Assembly (NCBI GenBank): GCA_040754875.1
Contig: JBFMBT010000017.1
Coordinates: 1 to 36,071 of the forward strand
From: Verrucomicrobiota bacterium
GTDB lineage: Bacteria > Verrucomicrobiota > Verrucomicrobiia > Limisphaerales > JBFMBT01
Direction of reading: 5' to 3'
Length of the DNA: 36,071 bases
This document shows positions 25,745-34,765 of this stretch, piece after piece. Under the pieces are notes generated by a model that had not been told where the DNA came from, searched no databases, and worked only from the letters and a program-made list of their open reading frames with translations. Position numbers and translations under genes: made by a program. Each line of letters begins with the position of its first letter. Within the stretch, counting starts at the first letter, position 1.

Positions 25745-27796
25745 TTACGCCTTGCGGTCGCCGAGGGCGTTGACCTTCTTCTCGTGCAAGCCGAGCCGTT
25801 GAGCCAGCGCCAGCATGCGCTGGAGCGTGCCCTTGGTTTCGCCGTCGTCGGCCAGCGTGATCATCTGGCTCAAGGCGGCGGCGACCGTCAGGTTCTTGAC
25901 GTCCTCGGAGGTCAGGCCGAACTGCGAGGTGAAGCCCTTCAACTGCGTCCGGAAATATTCCGGGTCGGAATTGAAGAACGTATCCTTCACGGTGGTCAGC
26001 GTGTCGCTGTTGGCGACCATGCGGTCCACTGCCTTGCCGGCGGTGATGGCGCCGACAATCTTGTCGAAGAACTGCGTCTCGCCGCCCACGATATCGACCT
26101 TGGCGGTCTTGAGCGCCTCGCTGACGACCTGCGCCTGGCTGCTGGCGATGTCCTTCTGGACATTGATCATGGCCAGTTCGACATCCTTCTCCTTGTTCAA
26201 GCGCAGCTTGAATTCCTCGTGCTCGCGGCCGACGCCGTCGAAGATCTTCATCGCTTCGGCCTTCTCGGTGATGCCCTTGGCCTCCGCGCCGTACTTGAGT
26301 TCCATGACCTTGGCTTCGGCGGAACCTTGCTTCTCGACCGCGTTGGCTTTGGCTTCGAGCACCTGGACTTCGCCCAAACCCGGGGCGGCGGTTTCCTTGG
26401 TAACGGCTTCGGCCAGCAATTTCTTGGCCGTGGCTTCGCGTTCGGCCGCTTCCTGGTGCGCCTCAGCCTGAATGATGGTTTCCTGTGCCTTGATCTCGGC
26501 GGCCTTGCGTGAGGCTTCGGCCGCCTTGACCACGCGGATCATGTCCTCGTCCGCCTTGAGTTCGGCGGCGCGCTTGGAGGCTTCGGCCGTTTTCGTTTCT
26601 TTGATGAGAATCTCTTCGCCTTCCATGGTCGCCTTGGTAACGACGACCTGCTTTGTGCGGTCCGCCGCCGCAAAAGCCTCGGTGTCCTTGATGCGCTCTT
26701 TCTCGGCGACGACGGCCTTCTCCACCATCACACGCTCGCGGATGACATCCTGAATCTTCTTTTGCTCCACTTCGATGGCGCGCTGCTTCTCGATGTCCGC
26801 CAGCGTCACCACGCGTTCGCGTTCGGTGACCTCCAAAAGGCGATCTTTCTCGACGCGCTCGGTTTCCACCGCATTAGTGCGCTCCTTGTTCTTTTGCGCC
26901 ACGATGATCTGGCGGTTTTTGTTTTCCTCGGCGATGGCGATTTCCTCGTCCGCCGCGATGCGGGCCTGTTCGCCCTTGAGTTTCATCTCCTGCTCGACCT
27001 TCTTGGCCTCGGCGTGTTCGCGCGCGGTGAGGGTGGCAATCTCGCGCTTCTGCTTCTCGGTGGCCTCGGCGAGCTGACGGTTCAATTCGAGAATCTTTTC
27101 CTTCGCTTCGACGTCCTGCGCAGTGATGACCTTTTCCTTGTCGCGTGCAATACTGTTGGCCAGTTTGGCCTGAGCCGCGGTTAACTCGGTGATCTTTTTG
27201 ATGCCCTCGGAGTCCAAAATGTTGTTGGGGTTCATGTACTCGAGGCTGGTCTGCTCCAGATAATCAATGGCGGCGTCATCGAGCACATAGCCGTTCAAGT
27301 CCGTGCCGATGCTCTTGAGAATCTGGTCGCGAAATTGCTCGCGTGAGTTGTACAGCTCCACGAAATCAAACTGTCGGCCCACAGTCTTCAACGCTTCCGA
27401 AAATTTCGCGTCGAACAACTCGGAAATGGCCTTCTGGTCGGAGGCGCGCGTGCAACCCACGGTGGTAGCCACCTTGACCACGTCATCCTCGGTTTTGTTC
27501 ACGCGCACAAAGAACGCCACGCTGATGTCCGCGCGCATGTTGTCTTTGCAGATGAGACCGGCGGCGCCGCGCCGGTCGATCTCGATGCGGTGGACCGAGA
27601 TGTTCATGAATTCCACCTTGTGCAGGACGGGGATGACGATCATGCCCGAGAACGAGACTTTGGTCCCGCCCGCACCGTTGCGCACCAGCGCCCATCCTTG
27701 ATCGACCTTTCGGTAACAGCGCAAAATCATGGCGATGAAACCGATCCCAATGATCAAGCCGACAAACATCAGCACCGCAACTATCGCTCCACTCAT
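25745..27796 (-). CDS. flotillin-family SPFH protein (YqiK/FloT-like) with an extended E/K/A-rich coiled-coil region
   Basis: It has an N-terminal TM segment followed by an SPFH domain (VRNGAGGTKVSFSGMIVIPVLHKVEFMNISVHRIEID...). The long EA-rich flotillin repeats bring it to 683 aa, longer than typical YqiK-like proteins. Confidence 0.9.
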   Translation of the reverse strand: MSGAIVAVLMFVGLIIGIGFIAMILRCYRKVDQGWALVRNGAGGTKVSFSGMIVIPVLHKVEFMNISVHRIEIDRRGAAGLICKDNMRADISVAFFVRVNKTEDDVVKVATTVGCTRASDQKAISELFDAKFSEALKTVGRQFDFVELYNSREQFRDQILKSIGTDLNGYVLDDAAIDYLEQTSLEYMNPNNILDSEGIKKITELTAAQAKLANSIARDKEKVITAQDVEAKEKILELNRQLAEATEKQKREIATLTAREHAEAKKVEQEMKLKGEQARIAADEEIAIAEENKNRQIIVAQKNKERTNAVETERVEKDRLLEVTERERVVTLADIEKQRAIEVEQKKIQDVIRERVMVEKAVVAEKERIKDTEAFAAADRTKQVVVTKATMEGEEILIKETKTAEASKRAAELKADEDMIRVVKAAEASRKAAEIKAQETIIQAEAHQEAAEREATAKKLLAEAVTKETAAPGLGEVQVLEAKANAVEKQGSAEAKVMELKYGAEAKGITEKAEAMKIFDGVGREHEEFKLRLNKEKDVELAMINVQKDIASSQAQVVSEALKTAKVDIVGGETQFFDKIVGAITAGKAVDRMVANSDTLTTVKDTFFNSDPEYFRTQLKGFTSQFGLTSEDVKNLTVAAALSQMITLADDGETKGTLQRMLALAQRLGLHEKKVNALGDRKA

Positions 27797-27798
27797 AT

Positions 27799-28512
27799 TT
27801 ATTCCTCGATTATAGGTTCTTCGTATCGGACAACTTTGAACAGGCCCTTCTCGCGATCCTGTTCGATGACCAACGCCTTGTCGCCGCGCTTGAGCACGGC
27901 GTCTCCCGTTGTGCGCACCTGGATGGTCAACGGCACCCCCTTGTGTTCCAGCGACGCCTGGCCAAAACCCGTCGTCACTTCACCGGTCAGTACCTTGACC
28001 ACCTGGCCGACAATCTGGATTTTTTCGTCAAAATCCTGGTCGAGTTTCCGGAAGATCTTGCGGAACGGATACGTCAGCACGCGGGTGAGCAACACGCAGA
28101 CGATCAGGTTCGGCACGAGCAAAACCAGCCCGCGAACCAAACCGTAGTTGGGATTGAGGTAGTGGTTGGCCAGAATGGAGAACGCCCAACCGCACAAGAC
28201 TAATATGCTCAGGATGATGGTTACCGGCAGTTCGCCGACATGGAGGAAAGTGAGGAAGGCGTTCAAAATCCCGCCGTGCCCGTGGGTGTGGGAATCACTG
28301 TCACCATCGGCGTGCGCGTCTCCGTCGGCATGGACGTCGCCATCCGCATGCAAATCCGCGTGCCCATCCAGGTGAACATCCATGCCCGAATCCATGGAGT
28401 CGAGGTGAACGAGGCCGGAAGCGACCATCAGCCAGTACAGCACCATCAACACCACCAACAAAGTAAAAGGCAGGTTGATCGGCTGGATGGCGGCATGGAA
28501 CAGTTCTAGCAT
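27799..28512 (-). CDS. YqiJ/NfeD-like membrane protein (short NfeD with a C-terminal OB-fold) with a His/Asp-rich (HADGD)x3 loop
   Basis: Its stop lies 2 nt before the flotillin start. It has TM helices and a C-terminal beta-rich NfeD-like domain (VGQVVKVLTGEV...GVPLTIQVRT...DKALVIEQD). The arrangement mirrors E. coli yqiJ-yqiK and B. subtilis yuaF-floT. Confidence 0.75.
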   Translation of the reverse strand: MLELFHAAIQPINLPFTLLVVLMVLYWLMVASGLVHLDSMDSGMDVHLDGHADLHADGDVHADGDAHADGDSDSHTHGHGGILNAFLTFLHVGELPVTIILSILVLCGWAFSILANHYLNPNYGLVRGLVLLVPNLIVCVLLTRVLTYPFRKIFRKLDQDFDEKIQIVGQVVKVLTGEVTTGFGQASLEHKGVPLTIQVRTTGDAVLKRGDKALVIEQDREKGLFKVVRYEEPIIEE

Positions 28513-28640
28513 GACGGCTCAACCCTTTGCTTGTTCACGGCGACAAACGGTGAAGGCTTCCTCGGCCTTCACGTCCCACCCCAACCGGCTGTGGGAGCAA
28601 CTCTACGCCTTCCACCAGACCACACGTGCGAGCGGATGTC

Positions 28641-28666
28641 TTTTATAAAAACCCACCCCGATTATA
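28641..28666 (-). promoter_or_regulatory. AT-rich island with a TATAAT (-10-like, minus strand) and a palindromic TTTTATAAAA element upstream of the yqiJ-flotillin-giant operon
   Basis: It is the only AT-rich patch in the 216-nt intergenic region 28513-28728. TATAAT on the minus strand corresponds to attata at 28661-28666. The -35 element is weak. Confidence 0.3.
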
Positions 28667-28728
28667 AAGCAAGCGCCGAACGTAGTGAGCAGCAAAAGAT
28701 TTCACGGACTTCCGGGTGTTTGGCCGTC

Positions 28729-29649
28729 TCATTGAGCGCCTTCCCGTTTACTTTTCGTCTTTAATGCCTCTTCAATCTTCAGCACCGCATTGCGAAGTTC
28801 GACCCGAACCTCGGGTTGGGGGTCACGCAAGGCATCCCGGATAAGCGGAAGGGCGGATTCTCCGTATTCACCCAAGTTTCCAATTAGGAAAGCGACTTGC
28901 TGACGGGCGTAACCGTTCACGTCTTTCAACTCAAACACCAGGACGCGCGCCATTTGCTCCGATGGCATTCCACGTGGCAGGACGCGCAAGGTGTCGCGTG
29001 CTGTTGCTCGGAGACGCGGTTCAATGCCGTCGTCATACGCGAGGGCTATTAATTCCCGCATCAAGTCAGGGGGAAGGTAGGTTTGTTGCAGACAGATTCC
29101 AGCGCAAACGTTCACGGAATTGTTGGTATTGGCGAAAGCGTGAATCAAGACCGCCAGGCCTTCAGGGCCTGCATGAGCCAGACTCTGCGCCAATTCCAGC
29201 CGACCGCGCACCCAAGGACTTGGATCATTCAGCCGTTTTGCCAAAACGGGAACGGCCGACTTTGCGAGGGGACCAAGCGCTTGACAGGCAATCGCCGCTC
29301 GCGTGCTTCGCAATTCTGCCGGTGGATACTTCAACGGGAGCCATGTTTGGCGGTTGCTCCACGAGATAATTGGCCGCAGCCAGGGAGAATCCGTTGCTGC
29401 GAGTTCCTTCATTACCGCCGGGAGGGCGTTGGTGCCGATTAACTGGATGGCTTCCATGGCCCTGCCTCGAGTGGCGGGCTCGTCAAGGTCCGCAAGCCAT
29501 TCTTGCAAAGACCGGCCATCATGGCTTGGTTTGCTTGACGACAAAAACGGAATCGCCAGTGCGCATCCAGCGAGAAGAATACACGCGAGGATTCGAATGC
29601 GCTTTGGCTGCCTAGTGCTTCTGGTTACGGGAACGGAATCGTTGCTCAA
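28729..29649 (-). CDS. membrane-anchored HEAT/armadillo-like repeat protein
   Basis: It has an N-terminal signal-anchor (ILACILLAGCALAIPFL) followed by repeated helical-pair motifs with conserved L/A/P. The start appears to be TTG, overlapping the upstream AAA gene stop by 4 nt. Confidence 0.65.
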   Translation of the reverse strand: MSNDSVPVTRSTRQPKRIRILACILLAGCALAIPFLSSSKPSHDGRSLQEWLADLDEPATRGRAMEAIQLIGTNALPAVMKELAATDSPWLRPIISWSNRQTWLPLKYPPAELRSTRAAIACQALGPLAKSAVPVLAKRLNDPSPWVRGRLELAQSLAHAGPEGLAVLIHAFANTNNSVNVCAGICLQQTYLPPDLMRELIALAYDDGIEPRLRATARDTLRVLPRGMPSEQMARVLVFELKDVNGYARQQVAFLIGNLGEYGESALPLIRDALRDPQPEVRVELRNAVLKIEEALKTKSKREGAQ

Positions 29650-31319
29650 ATTGCCTTTTTCCGTCGGAACATTTCCGGCACGAAATCCTTGTCGCTGGCC
29701 TCGCTGACCGCCAGTTCAATCTGGAACTCCATGATTTCGCGCGCGACGGGGCTTTGGTACGTGGCCAGCGCCTGTCCCAGGGCCTCGCGCGGCGCGACAC
29801 CCTGCGTCTTGATGGTGCGATACAATTTGATGGAGAGCGCCTCCGCCGCGCCCGGCGTCATCAACGTCGGAATCAGCGGATGCACGGCGTCAAAGTCCTC
29901 CGGGGTAAACACCAGGCCCAGCCGTTTGCTCAACGCCTTGATGAGGTCAAAACTCTCCTGCGTCGTCGTCGTCGGGAAAATGGGAATCTTCACATCCACG
30001 CGACCGGGGCGTTTCAAATCCACCTCAATCAAGTCCGGCCGGCTCGACGCGAGAATCCAGATGATTTTGCCCCGGTTGTCCGGGTTGCTCATCTCCTTGG
30101 CGAACATGGAATAGACGCGGCCGGACAAACCGCCGTCGTTCGAGCCAGAATCCCGTTTGCCCAAGGCCTGGTCGGCTTCGTCGATGAAGACGAAACAGCG
30201 CCCCAGGCTTTGCAGCAGTCGGAAAATCTTCTCCAGATTGCCTTCGGTGCTGCCCACCCATTTGTCGCGGAAATTCTTGATCTTCACCACGGGCACGCCG
30301 GCTTCGCCCGCAAGGCATTCCACCATGAACGTCTTGCCCGTGCCCACCGGGCCGCAAATGAGGTAACCCATCGGCATGGCCTTGAGGTCGCCCTGCCGCC
30401 AGAGCGCGATGTCCTGCCGCAGCCAGGTCTTCAACTTGTCCTGCGCGTGCAGGAAATCGAGGTTGCGCCTGGACTCGATGAACTCGATGAGGTCGTTGCA
30501 TTCCTTTTCCACCAGCGCCTTCTTCAGCACCACCAAATCATCGTGTTCGAGCGGATCCTTCTCGTATTCCTTCATCTTCAACAGGCTCTCGGACGCCGTC
30601 AGCGAGGTGCCGGCGAGCAGCGCGGCGAGTTGATCGATCTGGCCGTCAAACTTTTTGAGCGCGACGGGATACGAGCCTTTCACCAGCTCCAACGCCGGTT
30701 TCAATTCCGCCGCGGTGGGCAGGGGAATCTTGATTTCCGCCGCGCGCGGGTTGTTGCTCAGCAGGGGATGCAGGTCGTTGATGTTGTCCGCCAGCAGGCA
30801 CGTCACGAGCGGAAAGCCGGTGAACACGTTGTCCGACGACCAGTCGCGGATGAGCGTGGCCAGCGCGTTCAAATCGAAGTGAAACGAACCGGGCATCGCG
30901 GGCGCCACGAGGTCCGCGCCGCGAATCCAGCAGCCGATTTGCAGCGGGCGCTTGCCAAGCCGGCTCAGGTTCGCGCAGTAACGGAAATAATGCGTCAACG
31001 TCTCGATGGCGGCGCGGGGTTCGCGCGGCAGTTCCTTTTCCTTGTAGGACGGCCATTGCGTGAAAACTTCGCCGCCCTTCTCGATGCGGATGCCGTTGCC
31101 GAGGTCGTAGCTGATGACCACGTCAAACCGCGGCATCAGAACCTTGAGCAGAAAATCTGTGAGGCTCCCAACCGACGCCTCGGCGCCCGCCGGCAGGATG
31201 AAGCGGTCATGGATGTTTCCGTACAGGACGAACTGGCTGGCGGCGTGGCTTTGGTAGAGGGAGATGACCTCGTTGGCCCAAGCCGGCAGCGCGGGTGGTT
31301 TGGTGTCCTTCGGTTGCAT
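29646..31319 (-). CDS. classic-clade AAA ATPase (FtsH/Vps4/CDC48-like AAA module) with an uncharacterised roughly 330-aa N-terminal domain and no protease domain
   Basis: Walker A is ICGPVGTGKTF, Walker B is CFVFIDEADQ, and a second region of homology with arginine fingers is present (ASSRPDLIEVDLKRPGRVD). ATG at 31319 was chosen as the start, with an AAGAAGGGG SD-like element 6 nt upstream. The ORF track gives an alternative start at 31466. Confidence 0.8.
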   Translation of the reverse strand: MQPKDTKPPALPAWANEVISLYQSHAASQFVLYGNIHDRFILPAGAEASVGSLTDFLLKVLMPRFDVVISYDLGNGIRIEKGGEVFTQWPSYKEKELPREPRAAIETLTHYFRYCANLSRLGKRPLQIGCWIRGADLVAPAMPGSFHFDLNALATLIRDWSSDNVFTGFPLVTCLLADNINDLHPLLSNNPRAAEIKIPLPTAAELKPALELVKGSYPVALKKFDGQIDQLAALLAGTSLTASESLLKMKEYEKDPLEHDDLVVLKKALVEKECNDLIEFIESRRNLDFLHAQDKLKTWLRQDIALWRQGDLKAMPMGYLICGPVGTGKTFMVECLAGEAGVPVVKIKNFRDKWVGSTEGNLEKIFRLLQSLGRCFVFIDEADQALGKRDSGSNDGGLSGRVYSMFAKEMSNPDNRGKIIWILASSRPDLIEVDLKRPGRVDVKIPIFPTTTTQESFDLIKALSKRLGLVFTPEDFDAVHPLIPTLMTPGAAEALSIKLYRTIKTQGVAPREALGQALATYQSPVAREIMEFQIELAVSEASDKDFVPEMFRRKKAI

Positions 31320-31432
31320 TGGTCGCCCCTTCTTAGCGCGAACAGGGCCGCAAGGAAAGCAAAACAGGGCGACCCGCGCGCGACTCAACTTCGCGCTTGC
31401 GGTGCGCGAAACGAATGCGGACGCTCGGGTGC

Positions 31433-32101
31433 ATGAACGAGCTGGCCAGATATATCGACCATACATTGCTTAAGCCTGATGCGGTCAAAGGTGACATTGA
31501 GAAGCTGTGCGCGGAGGCAAAGGAACATGGTTTTTACGGCGTATGCGTAAACACGTCGCGGCTGGCGCTGGCGCACGCGTTGCTGGAGGATTCGGAGATC
31601 AAAGTCAGCGCGGTGGTCGGCTTTCCGCTGGGTGCGTGCGATGCCGATGCCAAGCGATTCGAGACAGAGGTGGCGTTGGATCTCGGGGCCCAGGAAATCG
31701 ACATGGTGCTTAACATTGGCCGCCTGAAGGATGGCGATGACAAATATGTGCTGCGCGAGTTGCGCGATGTGGTCGAGGCCGCGGAAGAACGGCCGGTGAA
31801 GGTGATTCTCGAAACGTGCCTGCTCACGCGTGAGGAAAAGATTCGCGCCTGCCGCCTGGTGCTCGATTCGGGAGCGAACTTTGTCAAAACGTCCTCGGGC
31901 TTCAGCGCGGGTGGGGCGACGATCGAGGATGTAAGGCTTCTGCGCGAAATCGTCGGGAAGGATTTTGGGGTGAAGGCGGCGGGCGGAATCCGCGATGCGG
32001 CCATGGCGCGCGCGTTGATTGAGGCGGGCGCGAATCGATTGGGCACATCCGCCAGCGTGGCGATTGTGCAGGAACAGGCCGCAGCCCCGGGCGCGTACTG
32101 A
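31433..32101 (+). CDS. deoC: deoxyribose-phosphate aldolase
   Basis: The N-terminus LARYIDHTLLKPDA, the motif KVILETCLL and a Schiff-base lysine context (FVKTSSGF) are typical of DeoC. Confidence 0.9.
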   Translation: MNELARYIDHTLLKPDAVKGDIEKLCAEAKEHGFYGVCVNTSRLALAHALLEDSEIKVSAVVGFPLGACDADAKRFETEVALDLGAQEIDMVLNIGRLKDGDDKYVLRELRDVVEAAEERPVKVILETCLLTREEKIRACRLVLDSGANFVKTSSGFSAGGATIEDVRLLREIVGKDFGVKAAGGIRDAAMARALIEAGANRLGTSASVAIVQEQAAAPGAY

Positions 32102-32102
32102 T

Positions 32103-32798
32103 TCAACGCTTTTGATTGTATTCGGTCTGGCGATATTTCTGGCCGGCCAGTTCCTCCGCGCGGTGTTGCGCGAAATCGGGTGTGAGGATCTTCCAATTTT
32201 TGGCGAGGTGTTGCGCTCCTGCCACCTCGCGCATGGCATTTTCCCATTGCGCGCGCGACGCGCCTTCCGGCTGCGGCTGGACGGAACCCTGGATGAGGAG
32301 GCCCAGTTTGTTGCGGCGTTGAGCTGCACCGGCGATCTTGCGTCCATGCCAGAGGAGGTCGAACTTTTCCGCGCCGAGGAAGCATTGGCCGGGGCCTTCG
32401 GGCTGGCAGCAGGGCGCCAGTTCGGTTGACACGTTCAACGCGGCGAAGGCGGCGCGGAGCCATTCGTGCATGCGCTGGTAGCTGGCCACGGCGGTGAGTT
32501 GATACCATTCGTGCGCGGGGGGAATCGCGACGCTGTAGGTCCAGTCGTTCTTGTGTGGGACGAGGCCGCCGCCGGTGGGACGGCGGATGAGCGGGCGCAA
32601 CGCGGTCATTTGCCCGACGTCGGCATACTTCTGGAAATAGCCGAACGTCGCTGCCGGTGTGCTCCATGAATAGAAGCGAAGCACCGGCCCGCGCAGATCA
32701 GCGACCGCTTCCAGCAGCGCCTCATCGACCGCCATGTTCCATGCGGCCTCGCCGTCGCCCGAATCGAGGAAATGCCAGATGGATGAGTTTGCGGACAT
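32103..32798 (-). CDS. lipoate-protein ligase / octanoyltransferase family protein (BPL/LPL catalytic domain)
   Basis: It shows LplA/LipB-like conservation (GGGLVPHKNDWTYSVAI..., RKIAGAAQRR). ATG at 32798 was chosen because the longer ORF to 32930 would overlap nth by 118 nt. Confidence 0.7.
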   Translation of the reverse strand: MSANSSIWHFLDSGDGEAAWNMAVDEALLEAVADLRGPVLRFYSWSTPAATFGYFQKYADVGQMTALRPLIRRPTGGGLVPHKNDWTYSVAIPPAHEWYQLTAVASYQRMHEWLRAAFAALNVSTELAPCCQPEGPGQCFLGAEKFDLLWHGRKIAGAAQRRNKLGLLIQGSVQPQPEGASRAQWENAMREVAGAQHLAKNWKILTPDFAQHRAEELAGQKYRQTEYNQKR

Positions 32799-32812
32799 GG
32801 CGGGCGAGCAAA

Positions 32813-33466
32813 TTACTTCACGCCGATTTGCGGACAGAGTTCCTTGATTTCGCAACCGGCGCAATCGGGATTGCGCGCGGCACAACGGCGGCGTCCATGC
32901 CAGATGAGCCAATGGCTGAATATGGTCCATTGCTTCTGCGGGACAAGCTTCATCAGCGCCTGCTCGATCTTCTCGGGCGTCTTCTTGCAGGTCAAACCGA
33001 GGCGTTGCGACAGCCGCGCCACGTGAGTATCCACGACGACGCCGACATTGACGTTGAAGGCATTCCCTAAAACAACGTTGGCGGTCTTGCGTCCCACGCC
33101 ATCGAGATGCGTCAATTCCTCCAGCGTGCGCGGCACCTCGCCGCCGTGTCTCTCCACGAGCGCGCGGCAGGCGGCGCGGATGTTCTTCGCCTTGTTGCGA
33201 TAAAGTCCGATGCGTCGGATGTCGTTCTCGAAATCCGCCGGTGCTGCTTGCGCGTAGTCCGCAGCTGTCTTGTATTTTTGGAACAGCCTTTCCGTGACGA
33301 TGTTAACCTGCTTGTCTGTGCATTGGGCGGAGAGGATCGTCGCGATCAGCAGTTCCAGCGGGTTTGTATAATTCAGTTCGCAATGCGCATCCGGATAGGT
33401 TTGGCGCAAGCCAGCGATGATCCGCTGCGTGCGGGCGAGGAGCTGGGCATTGGATTCGCGGGGCAC
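32813..33466 (-). CDS. nth: endonuclease III (DNA glycosylase/AP lyase)
   Basis: It has an HhH-GPD motif (LTHLDGVGRKTANVVL) and a C-terminal 4Fe-4S cluster motif CxxxxxxCxxCxxxxxC (CAARNPDCAGCEIKELC). Confidence 0.9.
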   Translation of the reverse strand: MPRESNAQLLARTQRIIAGLRQTYPDAHCELNYTNPLELLIATILSAQCTDKQVNIVTERLFQKYKTAADYAQAAPADFENDIRRIGLYRNKAKNIRAACRALVERHGGEVPRTLEELTHLDGVGRKTANVVLGNAFNVNVGVVVDTHVARLSQRLGLTCKKTPEKIEQALMKLVPQKQWTIFSHWLIWHGRRRCAARNPDCAGCEIKELCPQIGVK

Positions 33467-33478
33467 GTTTACGAATGC

Positions 33479-34717
<1,239 letters not shown>

Positions 34718-34765
34718 TTTTTGGCGAACTATAAGTTTAGGTCCCCTTCTGTCAAGTAACCGGGA

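Noticed and set aside
21608-26512. 1634-aa plus-strand ORF
   Set aside because: It is antisense to the giant AAA_5 protein and the flotillin gene, which have clear motifs (Walker A/B, SPFH). Its product is Arg/Gly/Val-rich with no motifs, which is the typical high-GC shadow ORF.
31397-31432. upstream extension of deoC (ORF track start 31397)
   Set aside because: DeoC homologues begin near the LARYIDHTLLKP motif. ATG 31433 fits, and the extension is not needed.
29754-31436. 560-aa plus-strand ORF
   Set aside because: It is antisense to the classic AAA ATPase, which has canonical Walker A/B and SRH.
32799-32930. N-terminal extension of the lipoate-ligase-like ORF (alternative start at 32930)
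   Set aside because: It would overlap the nth coding region by 118 nt on the same strand. The internal ATG at 32798 gives a normal-length BPL/LPL domain.
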